Assembly (NCBI GenBank): GCA_900088475.1
Contig: FLMG01001782.1
Location: forward strand, 1-42,419
From: Hyphochytrium catenoides
Lineage: Eukaryota > Protista > Hyphochytriomycota
Length of the DNA: 42,419 bases
Reading direction: 5' to 3'
Shown here: piece by piece, positions 10,901 to 28,146 of the stretch
Position numbering within the stretch: the stretch's first letter is position 1
Layout of the letters: every line of letters begins with the position of its first letter
Notes under the pieces: generated by a model
The model's input: the letters and a program-made list of their open reading frames with translations, nothing else
What the model was told of the DNA's origin: nothing
Databases searched by the model: none
Position numbers and translations under genes: made by a program

Positions 10901-11720
10901 CCTGTAATTGAGGGCATAAGCAGAGTTAAACCTGGGGCAAGGTGAACAGCTAAGAGAACGAAGAAAGAGTAAGACAGACAGTTACCAGAGACCTGGCAGT
11001 CGACGTGTAAGTTCAAACAAATGGACAAAGGCGGGAACGTTAAAGTTTATACCATCACATGGTTCCTGCGCGGAAGCTGTAGTAGACGAATACAACGTTC
11101 GATGCCGTTGCAAATGAAATAGCCTCCCATCTCATTGGGCTCCTCTCTTCTCTCAACGAGCTTCTGAGGTGTGAGATTTGCCAAATGGCAGCGCTTTGAC
11201 CGCACCATTATTGGCACATTGCCCACCCTAAGGAAGGAATTTTAGGCTTTGAAGTCACAAAGACGCATCCACGAGCTAGTGGGTACCTCTTCTGAATCCT
11301 ATCGACCTCGCCGCCATCTCCAACTCTCTTGCAGAAGGTGACAAGCAAAGGCGCACTATACATCAGCCCCCTCTCTCGGCATTCGTTAGGGAAGAGCCGA
11401 TTCTAAGAAGGAACAACGAGGTCAGAACTCTCTCTCCATGAATTTGTCGATCTAATGTGTACCTCTGTGGAGTCATCGTCCTTCATTGGATAACCAATCT
11501 GCGCGTCTTCAATCCAGAAATGAAGAGCTGGAGCTCCTTCGATAGTCAGTTTCTGGGGTAGGAGGTCGGCCACGGCAATCGCCAGACCCTCATCGATCAT
11601 ATAGTCGAAAGACTCGACATGCGGTGCCACCAGCTCGTGCAGCTTCAGATTAGCCCTTGTGGGCACTGCACCGGGGTTTGAAGACGGGTTTGTGGCTGTG
11701 GCGCCAGAAGGCTTCCCCAT
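4903..11720 (-). CDS. RPA2: DNA-directed RNA polymerase I second-largest subunit (RPA135/POLR1B), about 22 exons
   Basis: [149 protein letters not shown] and the C-terminal Zn ribbon with [16 protein letters not shown]. Start placed at MGKPSG (11720); an upstream extension is not excluded. Confidence 0.97.
7415..7571. repeat. 77-bp tandem duplication inside an RPA2 intron
   Basis: 7415-7491 and 7492-7568 differ at 3 positions. Confidence 0.95.
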
Positions 11721-12529
11721 GTCGCCTCTTCTAAGGCTGCTTCCTGCAGTCTTTTGTACTTCAAGCTGCTGTCGTCTGAGCTTCGACTTGGCCACACGCT
11801 TGTGCTCCCGGCTCGTGGCTCCAGCCCCCGTTGAGGGCTGAGACTACCTTAAGTCAGGCACCCAGAAAAAAAACAAAAAGCATCTGCGATCTTTCTGGCA
11901 CTGGTTTCTCTCTGCGTCTCACTGGCGGGGGAGTTTCATACCGGCACGGAGGCGGCTGGCAAAGGCCCGAAGCGCTGCGACACTGGATGGCGGGAGCAGC
12001 AGGAGCAGCAGGAGCAGCAGCAGCAGGAGGAGCGATGAGAATGAGAAGCCCCATGACCTGTGATGTTTGGGATTCTGAGCCAACGAATGGGTCCTATCAT
12101 TGGAGAGTCATTCTCGATAACGCTATGGCTATTACAAATAGACGGGCAATATATCTTTCTTCCGGATGGACATGAAAATAGGGTGATCCAGAATGTAAAG
12201 GTAGTTATGGGGAATCTTCATACGGCATACAGAACAAGCTCACAACCGCCTCAACAACTCCACAAACAGCGCCTTACATGTACGTACACCCAGGTATTGC
12301 TACACGGTGTCTGGGAGATAAAATTTCCAAGTGACCTGCTACTCGTACTGTGTAACAACGGATCTGCAGATGAAGCACGGTCCAGCATCTGGAGCTCCGA
12401 TGACAGCCTCAGATCACCAGGTCTTCGGTGTCCATGATAGTTTAGAGGGGAAGAAGAATCCAAACACTTGTTGCTGAGCGTACTAAGGGCTTAGGGATAG
12501 TGATTTATTTAAGCTAATATCTACCTAGG
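11721..12529. promoter_or_regulatory. Putative bidirectional promoter region between divergent RPA2 and RTF1; contains a (GGAGCAGCA)n repeat at ~11993-12033
   Basis: Head-to-head start codons ~810 bp apart. Promoter function is inferred from geometry only. Confidence 0.5.
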
Positions 12530-15500
12530 ATGGCTCCCGCTAACAAGAAGGCCGGCAGGCGCAAGCGTAGAGATGACAGTGAATCTGAAGCAAGCGCCTC
12601 AGAATCAGGTTCGGCAAGTGGCTCTGAGAGCGAGGCTGAAAGTGCAGCCTCCTCATCAGCCTCTGGATCCGGATCGTACTCGGGCTCGAGCTCCGGGTCG
12701 GGATCAGGTATTGCTGGACTCTTCACAGATACACGAGGAATGAACGGCTAACGCCGCAGCATTGCAGGTTCAGGCAGTGAGGAGGGCTCAGGTTCAGAAA
12801 GTGGTTCTGGCTCTGAAAGTGGTTCAAGAAGCGGCTCTGAATCGGGATCTGAATCCGGTAAGGCATACGATAGAACAAGGCTAGTATGATCTCCTCGTAC
12901 CTCTAAAAGCAAACTGCTGGCATGGCACTTCTTCATTGAATAGCCTCTGATGGAGGGAGGAGACGGTCGTTGCGGAAGAAAAAAGGGGCAGCTTCACCAG
13001 CTACCAAGGGTGACCGGCCAAAAGGCGTCCGGACGTTAAAGCCCAAGCCCAAACCGCCACCGAAGCCCAAGGCCCGCAAAAAGAAGGCTGCTGCCAGCAC
13101 CAAAAGAGCCAAGAAAGGTGAAAGCTGAATTTGACGTTAAGTGTGCCAAAGAAACAGATTCATGCAGTGCTAACCTTGTAGTAGCGTCTGACAGCGAACC
13201 TGAGAGCAGCGATGATGACGATGACGGTACTAAAGCTCTGGGCTTTGGCGAGAGTCTCATTAAGGATGAGGAAGACGAAAAGTACCTTAACTCATTGCCA
13301 GAGCTGGAGAGAGAAAATGTCTTCAACGAGCGTTATGAGAAGAGAATGGAATGGCTTAAGAACAAAGAACTGCGCAAGGAGATGCGGTATGAATACTGCA
13401 CTTATTTCCTTTTCATAATAATAGTTAACGCCTATAATCCAGCAAGCAGCAGCGTGAGGAAGCCAAAAAGGCAGGCAGAAGTCAGCGGTCCAGGCCATCC
13501 CCCCAAGGCAAAGCAGGACCAGCAGAAAGCGATGAAGATAGATCAGAGAAAAGGGGTGAAAAAGGAAATGAAGCTGCTCCAGCAGTACCAACAGAGCGTT
13601 CTACAAGGAGTTCCTTACGCCGCGGAGCTGATGAGAAGTAGGATGACTCTACAATTAGCTTCTTTGAAGGACTTGGTTCTTATCTCGCAATTTCAAGGGA
13701 TGATAGGAAGAGTGCTTTGGCTGACTTGAAGCGCCGGCGAGGGCTCCAGGAGGAGTCGGGACGTGCGATGATGCTTGAGTCTGAAGAAGAGGATGAACTT
13801 AGCGACGGTGCCGCTGAAAGAGACAAAGCCATGGTCAATAGGGATAGGAAGCGAGCTAAGAGGATGGAAGAAATAAGGTAGGTAACCGCTTCAGAGTTCT
13901 TGGTTGACGGGGACTAACCGTCTATCCTACTTCGCGTTGTTCTTGCAGACGTAAGGCAGACTCTGAGAGCGAGTATTCTGAAGATGACCGACCTAAAACT
14001 AAAAAGAGTAGGAGAAAGGATAACGAGTATCCTCCTGGGCGGGACGAAGAACCGGAGGAGGTGGAAGCGGATCCCGAATTGCGTCAAGAGATTGGCCTGG
14101 AAGACCTCAACAAGGTTCGCCTAAGGATCATCTCGCATTGCATACTTCAGCGTTGATTGCTTGCAGTACCGCTATGTTAGAATGTTTGTGCTAACGAGCT
14201 CTATTCAGATACGAGTTCCACGCTACTACTTGGAAAAGTGGCTCTTTGAGCCGTTCTTTGAGAAAGCAGTGGTTGGGAGCTTTGTTCGGCTTGGAATTGG
14301 AGTCCACAATGGTGAACAGGTGTGCTCACATCTAGGTCTAGGCACGTAGGTTCATACACTCAATTTTGGTTGCAAGGTCTATCGCGTCTGCGAAGTCACA
14401 GGAGTGACAAGCTACAAGCGCACCTACCAATTAGGCAGTAAGAAGACCGATAAGGCACTGTTGTTGATGCATGGAAAGGCTGAGAGGGCATTTCGCATAG
14501 ACCTTATATCAAACCATCGCTTCACAGAGGTATGATACGTTTTGCAGGTTCCCATATGTGATAAGGACTGACCCCCTACTACCGTTCGCATCTGACCTCG
14601 CCATCTATCTCGTGACATCCCACTCGACGCATTGGCGACACGATTCTATCGCGGATAGGCTGAGCTATACAAGTGGCTGGAGGCAATGAGAATAGCTGGC
14701 AGAAGAATAATGACCAAAGGCGCGGCTCAGAGGAAGTACACGGCAATGGTAGGTGGCTAATATTCAAGCAGGAGGTCAACCTCTAAATTTTCCTATTCAT
14801 AGATAGTGGTACCCATCTTCGTCTCGCTCTCACTCTGCTACGGTCTGAACGATGTTGACAATCTTGCTTGCAATCACGCAGATGGACGCAGTGAACCATC
14901 GCTACACTAACGAAGAGATCAATGACTTGATCAAAATGAACCAGGTTGGTGTGACTTCTCTTCGATAGACGCTATGTCTCGTGCTCAATATTGTGCCTGT
15001 AGGCCTCGCGCAAGACTGCCCATAATATCGCTGCCGAGAAGTCCAAGAAAGAAAATGAACTGAAGCTAGCGGAGGAAGAGGGGAATGTAGACAGAGCAGT
15101 TAGACTGGCGCAAGATTTGGAACGGCTAAAGCAACAGGACGAAGAGCGGAAGGAGCGATTGCGATCCGGGAAGGGTAGGCTCTGTTGCTTAACAACTTAC
15201 CAACTCTTTGGCTTCATATTTCCTTAAAAAGTAACCCCTCGCAGCCAACCTGTGGGCCAAGATCTCGCGAAAGAACAAGGATTTGAATAGCTTAACAGAC
15301 ATCCAGGTAGGACTAAAGAAGCAAGAAGCTGCAAAGGACACAGACAAGATTGCCTCGAAGGAGTTTGACCCCTTCAGCCGGCGAAGCTGTCAGCCGAAAG
15401 TTCTGTGGAGGACTTCCGCGAAAGAAGAGCAGAAGCCGACAGAGTAAGCCCCAATAACTTCTGGCCCTTATCCTTCTAGTGCAAGCTGATCTGCGCTGTT

Positions 15501-15919
15501 CCTAGGAATGAGAAACCGCGCCCTGCGGAGGACGGCTCCCGTCCAGATCTAGCCCCTCCTAGCCATGACCCGGCACTGAACTTCATCAATCTAAAACCAA
15601 GCCCTCAAACTCCTGGAGGAGTAAGTCTGATTGTGATCCTTGCTCTGGGCTCTCGTTCTAACGTCATTGACTGCAGGCAAACGTCCACAGTGAGCTTTCC
15701 ATCGATGTCTCGAGACCCAGTTTAGATGAAGGGCGAACCCCCTCTTTGGCTACCTACAGTCCACCTTCTTACGCAAGGGGCAAGACAGTTGCAACCCTCT
15801 CGTTCACACATGCGGTTACCCAAGGTGATGCCGCTCCGTTAGGACCTCGTGAGCGGAAGGGTTTGTCTCTGAAAGAGTATTTTGCCCGAGCCCACGCCGC
15901 TCAAGCTGGCACTGAATAA
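12530..15919 (+). CDS. RTF1: PAF1 complex subunit RTF1 (Plus3 domain), about 15 exons
   Basis: Ser/Gly/acidic N-terminus; DEEDEKYLNSLPELERENVFNERYEKR (histone modification domain-like); Plus3 domain IRVPRYYLEKWLFEPFFEKAVVGSFVRLGIG..VYRVCEV..MHGKAERAFRIDLISNHRFTE; FDPFSRR; C-terminal GLSLKEY ending at TAA 15917-15919. Confidence 0.93.
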
Positions 15920-16941
15920 GCGATAGGTTGGCCCCAAGAAATATCAAAAAGGCCTCCCTAGCTACCTGAAGCGAGACAGTCTCGCCTATTTATTGACGTA
16001 GGTAATAGTAAACGATTCATGGCCCAAAACGGACGACTGAACGGTCGAGCCTGAAACAGCTACGGAGGGCGGATGAAGCTCGGTCTGTGATCGTCCTCCT
16101 CACCTTGTTCTAAGTTCGTGGGCCGGCATTAGCCTCCTCTTTATCAAATATGGCAACATCTGCATAGCACCTTGCGACGGAGCTCTAGTTGCATGTGTCA
16201 CAAGTAAGAGGACTGTCATCCTGTTGGATGCTGTCGTCCTTGGTTGAGAGAGTTTTGCGGTGATTTTCAGTTAGAGCTTCAGAGCTTCACTTATTGCTCT
16301 TCATCAACAAGACCAATGACAGGAACTTTTCAGCACAGAAGGAAACACTACCTAATTCCTCGTATTGGGTACATATTTATATAAAGTTCCTTTCATGAAA
16401 CCTGAAAGGAATCAATCTTTCCAGGTCCGATGGTTCTTGTCGACATGGTAGAAAGTTCGCACCCGATTGGACTCATTCCGTGCTTCTGATCTCCATTTGC
16501 AGACGGCAGAGATGCAGATTCATCGCATCGGTGGGGCGGTCTCACTCCTGCATGTCCTGCATCCGACTAATCTCTTCTCTGGCAACCTCCCTCAATAATG
16601 CGTCATAAGGGTCTACAAGACCTGTTGGCTATCTAGCCTGACGGGCAGCTTCTGCTGCACCCATGTCTGGACGATGTCAACTACACGTCACTGTAGGTGC
16701 TATCATAGCTCTTCAAAGGGCTTTCACAGCTCTTCATCTACTCTTCCTGGCCCGAGAGGCTTGACCATCAGGCTTCATAGAGCTAGTACGTTTTGGAAGC
16801 AGTCATTCGAAGCCATGGAAGCCATGAACATTATGAATACAGACATGGGACGTGAAAGCATGAAGATCGCCGCACTCCGCGATACTGAGCAAGATAGTTA
16901 ATGTGTGGGAGAAGCCTTTGCCTCGGCCAACTATTAATACA

Positions 16942-22639
<5,698 letters not shown>

Positions 22640-22782
22640 CCATCCTCCATCTAGCTGCACCGCCTCGTGGAGAATCCGCTACCTTAGAATGGCTGAAGGA
22701 GACTTTGAGAAAGGAGAGTGACGTGTACTATCTGGTGTTCCTGCATTTTTTCAAATTAACCTCGTCTCCAAGCACTCCTTGG

Positions 22783-25700
22783 TCATCCGTTCTGTCGGGT
22801 GTTAGCGCGGGAGAGAAGGTCGCGCCTGCTTTGAGTCGTCATCTCCCTCAGTTCTCTCTGCCTCATTCTCCTCAGCGCTTGCAACTTCATATACTCCCGA
22901 CATAGCTCCTTTTCCAGTTGCTTGCGGGGAGAAAAGATGAAACGAAGCGCGACACTAAGAGAAGGCGGCATCAACCGCTCCGTTTCCTTCGTCCCGTTGA
23001 TAAGGACGTCATACTTGACGGAGAATTTGGTAGATAGGGTGAGTTGATGAATCTCTTGATTCCACAGCTGGCGCAGAGAGACTCGAGCCTATAGAGAGAT
23101 CATTCACAAATAGAATTACAAGTCAAACATTCGCTCCTTCTGCGCTCTTAGCAGACGCGGGGTTGAAGTCTTACGTGAGCAATGGTCTCCTGTCCTCCCG
23201 AGAAGTCCAAGATTCGTAGGACCAGGCGACCCCGCTTGACCGGTATCTTCTCTATCACAAGCTCCTAGATATTCATGGGTAACTGTTAGCAGCGCCGAGC
23301 GGACGGACCAAAGATGGCAAGAGTGCCCTAGGAGACCTGGTTCCATTTGGGCTCAGTAGTATCTGTACGCGGCTCAGAGTACACTATCTCTGTCAACTTT
23401 TTCTCTGCGCTTTCTTCGCTGTCTCCATCCTCATCGTCCTCATCAACAGAGGGAGAAGCCACGACATATACCGCCATCTGCGAGTCAGGCTGACGGCAAA
23501 GAGTATAACGAAGAAGGATAGTTAGGGATATAAAAGCTAGAGCAGAGTGAAGAAGGACCGGGCCGTCTCACTTTTCTTGGTGCATCCCTCCTTTCACTGT
23601 TTAACGCCAAAGGAAGGCCTATGGCTTCCTTGAGATATACACTCAATGACCCCAATGGGGTCTTGGCCTAAAGTTCGACGGAAAGGATCATAAGGACAGC
23701 GCAGGAGTGAGGATCAGTAAACGAAAAGATAATCAGAGCAAAGGTGAAAGAGAACGTTGGGGGGACTCACAAAGGTGAGATAAATGAACCAAATAGTGTC
23801 ATAGACGCACAATGGGTAGGGAACAGGTAACGAGACCCTAGGGTGCGCAAGGAGACCATTAGAGCGACCCGATGGCCAAGGAAGTGAAAGGAATACCTGA
23901 CCACCCATGCCGACACCCTCGTCTGACTCTGTGTAACCCGTGTCCAAGAGGGTTGTGAGCTCTTCGCGAATTCTCTTTTGGCCGGTTGTCATTCGATTGA
24001 TATGATGAACGTGAAGCACGTGAGATCGCTTGCTATAAGTCAAGGGTAAAGAGGAACTCAAGAAAGGTGACGTGATGGAGGCAAGAAGAGAGATAGAAGG
24101 ATTCATGAGGATGATACCAATTCAAGTTTTTTGGCTCTAACTCATAAGGAGACAGACTGGGGCATTGTGGTGGGCTGACATCCTACCGCAACACTCAGTT
24201 TCAGCTGTTGGAGCTGTGCTTCGGAGTCTTCTGGCAAGACTGGAAATGGCAGGGGTGGCGCACTAGGAGAAACTATGACCGGAGTCTTCTCGTCAATGCT
24301 CGAAGAAGGCGGACAAGGTACCCCCAAAGTATTTCTATCGCTCAACTTATTCGCTTTAAACCACTCCCTCTGGCAGAACGAGAGCACTCTGAAAAGAGTG
24401 TCAGGAGTCGCAGCCGGCTTCTTTTCCTCTCTGGTAAGTTCAGCCGCCTTTTCTGCCAACTCGCTTTGGATGGCGATGAACTCTTCCTCTAAAGCCACGT
24501 CGGCGTTCTCTTGCAATCGAAATGCGTCATCCCTGTTCGGCTGGTGAAATATAGAAGGACGGCGTCAGGGAAGAAGAAAGCAAACAAGTCAGGGCCCCAA
24601 AGCTCAAGTAGGCTGTTAATAGCTTGTTGCTGAGAGATATGGTGGACTATCCCCCGAGACTTTATACATCTAATGTCCAGCCCAAGGTTCTGGACTGAGA
24701 AGGAAGCTTAAGCAGAATTAAAGGATTTTTGTCGCTTGGCATGTCAGAGTCTAACATCAGTAGCACATTAAGGAACTGGAAGACACAGAGAGTACTCTTA
24801 ATCGTCTAGGAAGTGACCAAATCCAAGATTTCGGATAACCTGATGTCTTGTCGCTCGGTATTGCTCAAGATGCCTACCAACCGAGACAGAGACAAGGCAG
24901 GAACAGCCACGGACTGAGTGGCACGATAAATAACTGACCAGACAAGATATACGAACTTCAAAAAGATGCAGAAGGAGAAAAACGTCCGGGGGCGCGTTAG
25001 AACTAGCACCTGAAATGGATTAGATAGAGCTATTTGGGGCTGCTGACAAGGAGTCAACATAATCAGGGGCAACTATTGACTGACCTACCGCTGTTGAGCG
25101 TGAACAGCCCTTAGGCTCAACTCATCGAGTCGGCTGACGGTCGAACCCCAAACCTTTCTCCTCCCTGCCTCTCTCACGTCATCCCTATCGAGCAATTTGT
25201 CAGGTAAGGAAGGTCTGAGGGGTTTGTTGAGGCTTTTTGCCTCCTCTCTCCCTCTGCCTGCTGTTTGCTAATTTTTTTTCTCTCCGGCTCCTGCAGCTCT
25301 TCCCTGCCATCCTGTCGTCGTCTCACGTTTCTAGCATCATCTTCATAAACTCCTCTTCTCCCTACCTTCTTTGTAGACATAAAAGGAGTGTCTCTACCGC
25401 TTGGCGGTACTCTGGCCCGAACAACTGGTGAGAGTTGGCGGTCCACCCGAGCGCTGCCTTCTCGTCGAGTGATAGTATCTTCGTCTTATTCCTCACGCTT
25501 TCAGTACCCTGGATAATCTCTCTCATCGTCTTTCCGCTCCTCTCTCTGGCGTCAGTGTCCACTCCTCCAGAGAGTAGCAGTTCGACAATGTGAGTGGCTC
25601 CTGCAAGGGCAGCCTGAATATCAGCAGGGAAGGACGAAATCAGCGGTTCCATGAGTCATTGAGATAGACCTGGTGGTGGGTGGAGGGAACAAAAGACTGA

Positions 25701-26714
25701 TGGTGATTGAGGCAACTGGGTGCTAAGAGTGAAACACCCATGTTCAAACCTTCTCTCATTACCTCCATGTAAGGCGTTCTTCCAGTGTCCTGGCCAAAGT
25801 GAAGACGTCGTGAGGACAGGAAAACAGCGAAAGACTAGGTTGTCCAAGTTTAAAAAAGGAACAGGGTTTCCCTTTTTCCCCTATAGACATAGACGAAGAA
25901 GTAGGGAAAGGGAAGAGACCAAAGCTACACCTCCAAAGAGATGATAGCAACGGCATGAAAAGCCAACATGCATAATAGACTAGAGGAGAGTCAATAAAGA
26001 ATAAAGGCTGGTCATGCTAATAGGAGTTCTGACGGTCTATACCTTAGCCGCCAGATTGATGTCGGCACCGAACTCTATAAGGAGCTTAACCATGGCGAAG
26101 TTGCCTTCTTTGCAGGCAGTGATTAGTGGTGTCACCCCTCGCGCCTGCAACAGACGCGTTAGGTGATGGTCCATATGAAAAGAGTGAACAAGAGAGAAGA
26201 AGACTCCATGATTCTTATAATTATTGAGGGAGAAGAGACCACCTGATAGTAAAAATAGGGATGCACAATGCTAAAGGAAAGAGCCGTAGTAGGACCACGA
26301 GGATAGGCAAGGAAAGTGAAGAGCGCTCATGAAGCTTAGTGCAGTCTTAATGTTAAGTGTAGGCTTCAAGGAACTCACGTTTCCATGGTTAGGGTCCAGT
26401 CCAGCCTCTAACATCCGCCGGACTTGCTCTTTCTCGCCCTTTTTGACGCTATCTTGCAGAGTAGTCACTAGCTCAGGTCTTTTTTGTCCTAGGAAGAGCT
26501 TCTGCTGGAGCTCCTCAGTCTCTTTCTTTAGCCTTTGACTTCTCTCTTCCCTTTCCTTCGCTCTCTGCTCCTTGTTTATCTTCACACTACGCTGTAACGA
26601 GGCCTCTAAAGAAAGGTAGTTCGCCTGTTCCAAATAGGGCTTAGGCATGAAAGGGTCGGAGGGAACGAGTCCACGCTGCTGAGAAGAGGAAGGTGACTGA
26701 GGAGAGCCACTCAT
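22783..26714 (-). CDS. Ankyrin-repeat protein with coiled coil and C-terminal C2-like domain, about 11 exons; N-terminus may extend upstream to ~27200
   Basis: Ankyrin repeats GVTPLITACKEGNFAMVKLLIEFGADIN and GRTPYMEAALAGATHIVELLLSGGVD; WTANSHQLFGPEYRQAVETLLL; spliced C2-like sequence GSLSVYLKEAIGLP...EPRTDTTEPKWNQELVIE..LVLRILD..IAHARVSL..LSVALRFIFS. Exon phases were joined by hand. Confidence 0.68.
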
Positions 26715-28146
26715 ACTGCTCTGCTGTTCCTGGGCCGACAAGGACCAAATCTCCTGCTCTCCAAATACCCCTTGCTTCCCGGCTTGCCCCCAGAACGGTC
26801 CTTGAGGTCCTACTGCAGATGGGTGCTTCAGATCACGCAGGCTAATACGCCGTCCTACCCTACGCTATCTTTCTTCTCTCTATCTCGATCTTCAGATATC
26901 GACTGAAGAACTGACAACCCCTTGTTGGTCTTCTTTGCCAGCCACCCACCAGCGCTTCGTTCCGCAGCTATCAGTCTTGTTGTATCGCAGCATCTCACGA
27001 TAAGAAAGAGGCCATTGGACGAGGCAGCAAAGCTTGTGGGACAATCTTCAATATCCCGATGCTGCCGACGTGTGACAGATATCGCTTTGGTGGGAGCCAG
27101 TGGAGGGTGGCAGCAAGAAGTGATAAGAAGAGGATTGCTTATGGGCCGTGCTCTTAAAGCGTCGTTGAGCTCTTGACCTTAGCGTGATGCCCTGCCGCCC
27201 CTCATGATGGTATGCTCCAACACAAAGGCAATGATGAGAAGAGGAGGCAGGGTTGGTCTTTCTCTCTGATGGCCGTCAGGGCAAACAAGCCATTCTTAGC
27301 CCCTCTGCACTGTCTCTTCGATCGGTTCCTGTCGTTAGCTCTCTGGGCATTACTTGCGATGCAAGTAGACTGATAAGGGAAGTGGAAGGGTGCTTGCTTA
27401 CGAGGCAAGAAGAAGGAGGAAGAATGAGCGACAACTTTCCCTTCATCAGTTCACCTCCATCACCCTCATGACTCTTCCCTTCTGTCCTAAGGTTAAGCCG
27501 CCTCTTCCACTAGCCATACTGCTTTACTTAGCAAGAGAAGCTTCTAGTTCCCAAGGATATTCCGCAATGCCCACCTTCTGATGCTCTTGACGTTACAACT
27601 ATATGGGTAATCTGGGTATCTCTTGTCCCATGTTAGTGATGATTGTGGGCGACCTGGGTGGGTCAGGGCGTTACATTGCACAAATGATTGGAAAAAAGGA
27701 CGAGAGGACTGCCTTTGGGTCATTGACTTTGAACTCTGCTGCTGGTGGTCAGCTTGGACCAAAGCCGCAGCGAGCTAGCGAGAAGGCTAATAAGAAGGAT
27801 GAAGTGTGGACGAAGGACAAGGAGAGGCGAGGTGAGAAGCATTGTGAGTCAGGGGTGGAGAGAAGGACAGAGAGGAGCTAGAGGAGGAGGACAAGGGTGG
27901 TAGGGAGACGATGCTGAAGGATATGACCAGTGGGCGGTACTGAGATCCGGGAAGTGCTGTTGGTCTATTGGTGCCTGCGCCTAAGTAGGCAATGATGCTG
28001 GAAAAAGGCAGGCTGGAAACGGCGCCCCCCGCTAGAACGGTGCTGAGGTTTACCCTGTCGGCGAACAAGAGCGACTACATAGGCGACCTCGTCTGTCTTA
28101 TCCCACAATGTGAAATGCTTTGGTAGCAGAGCCGAACCCAAGTCCG

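Noticed and set aside
11854-12463. Ala/Pro-rich and other short ORFs between RPA2 and RTF1
   Set aside because: Driven by a short GCA/GGA repeat or lacking any motif; no support as coding.
27630-27760. GTGATGA as a C-box of a C/D snoRNA
   Set aside because: No suitably spaced D box with a terminal stem and no recognisable rRNA guide.
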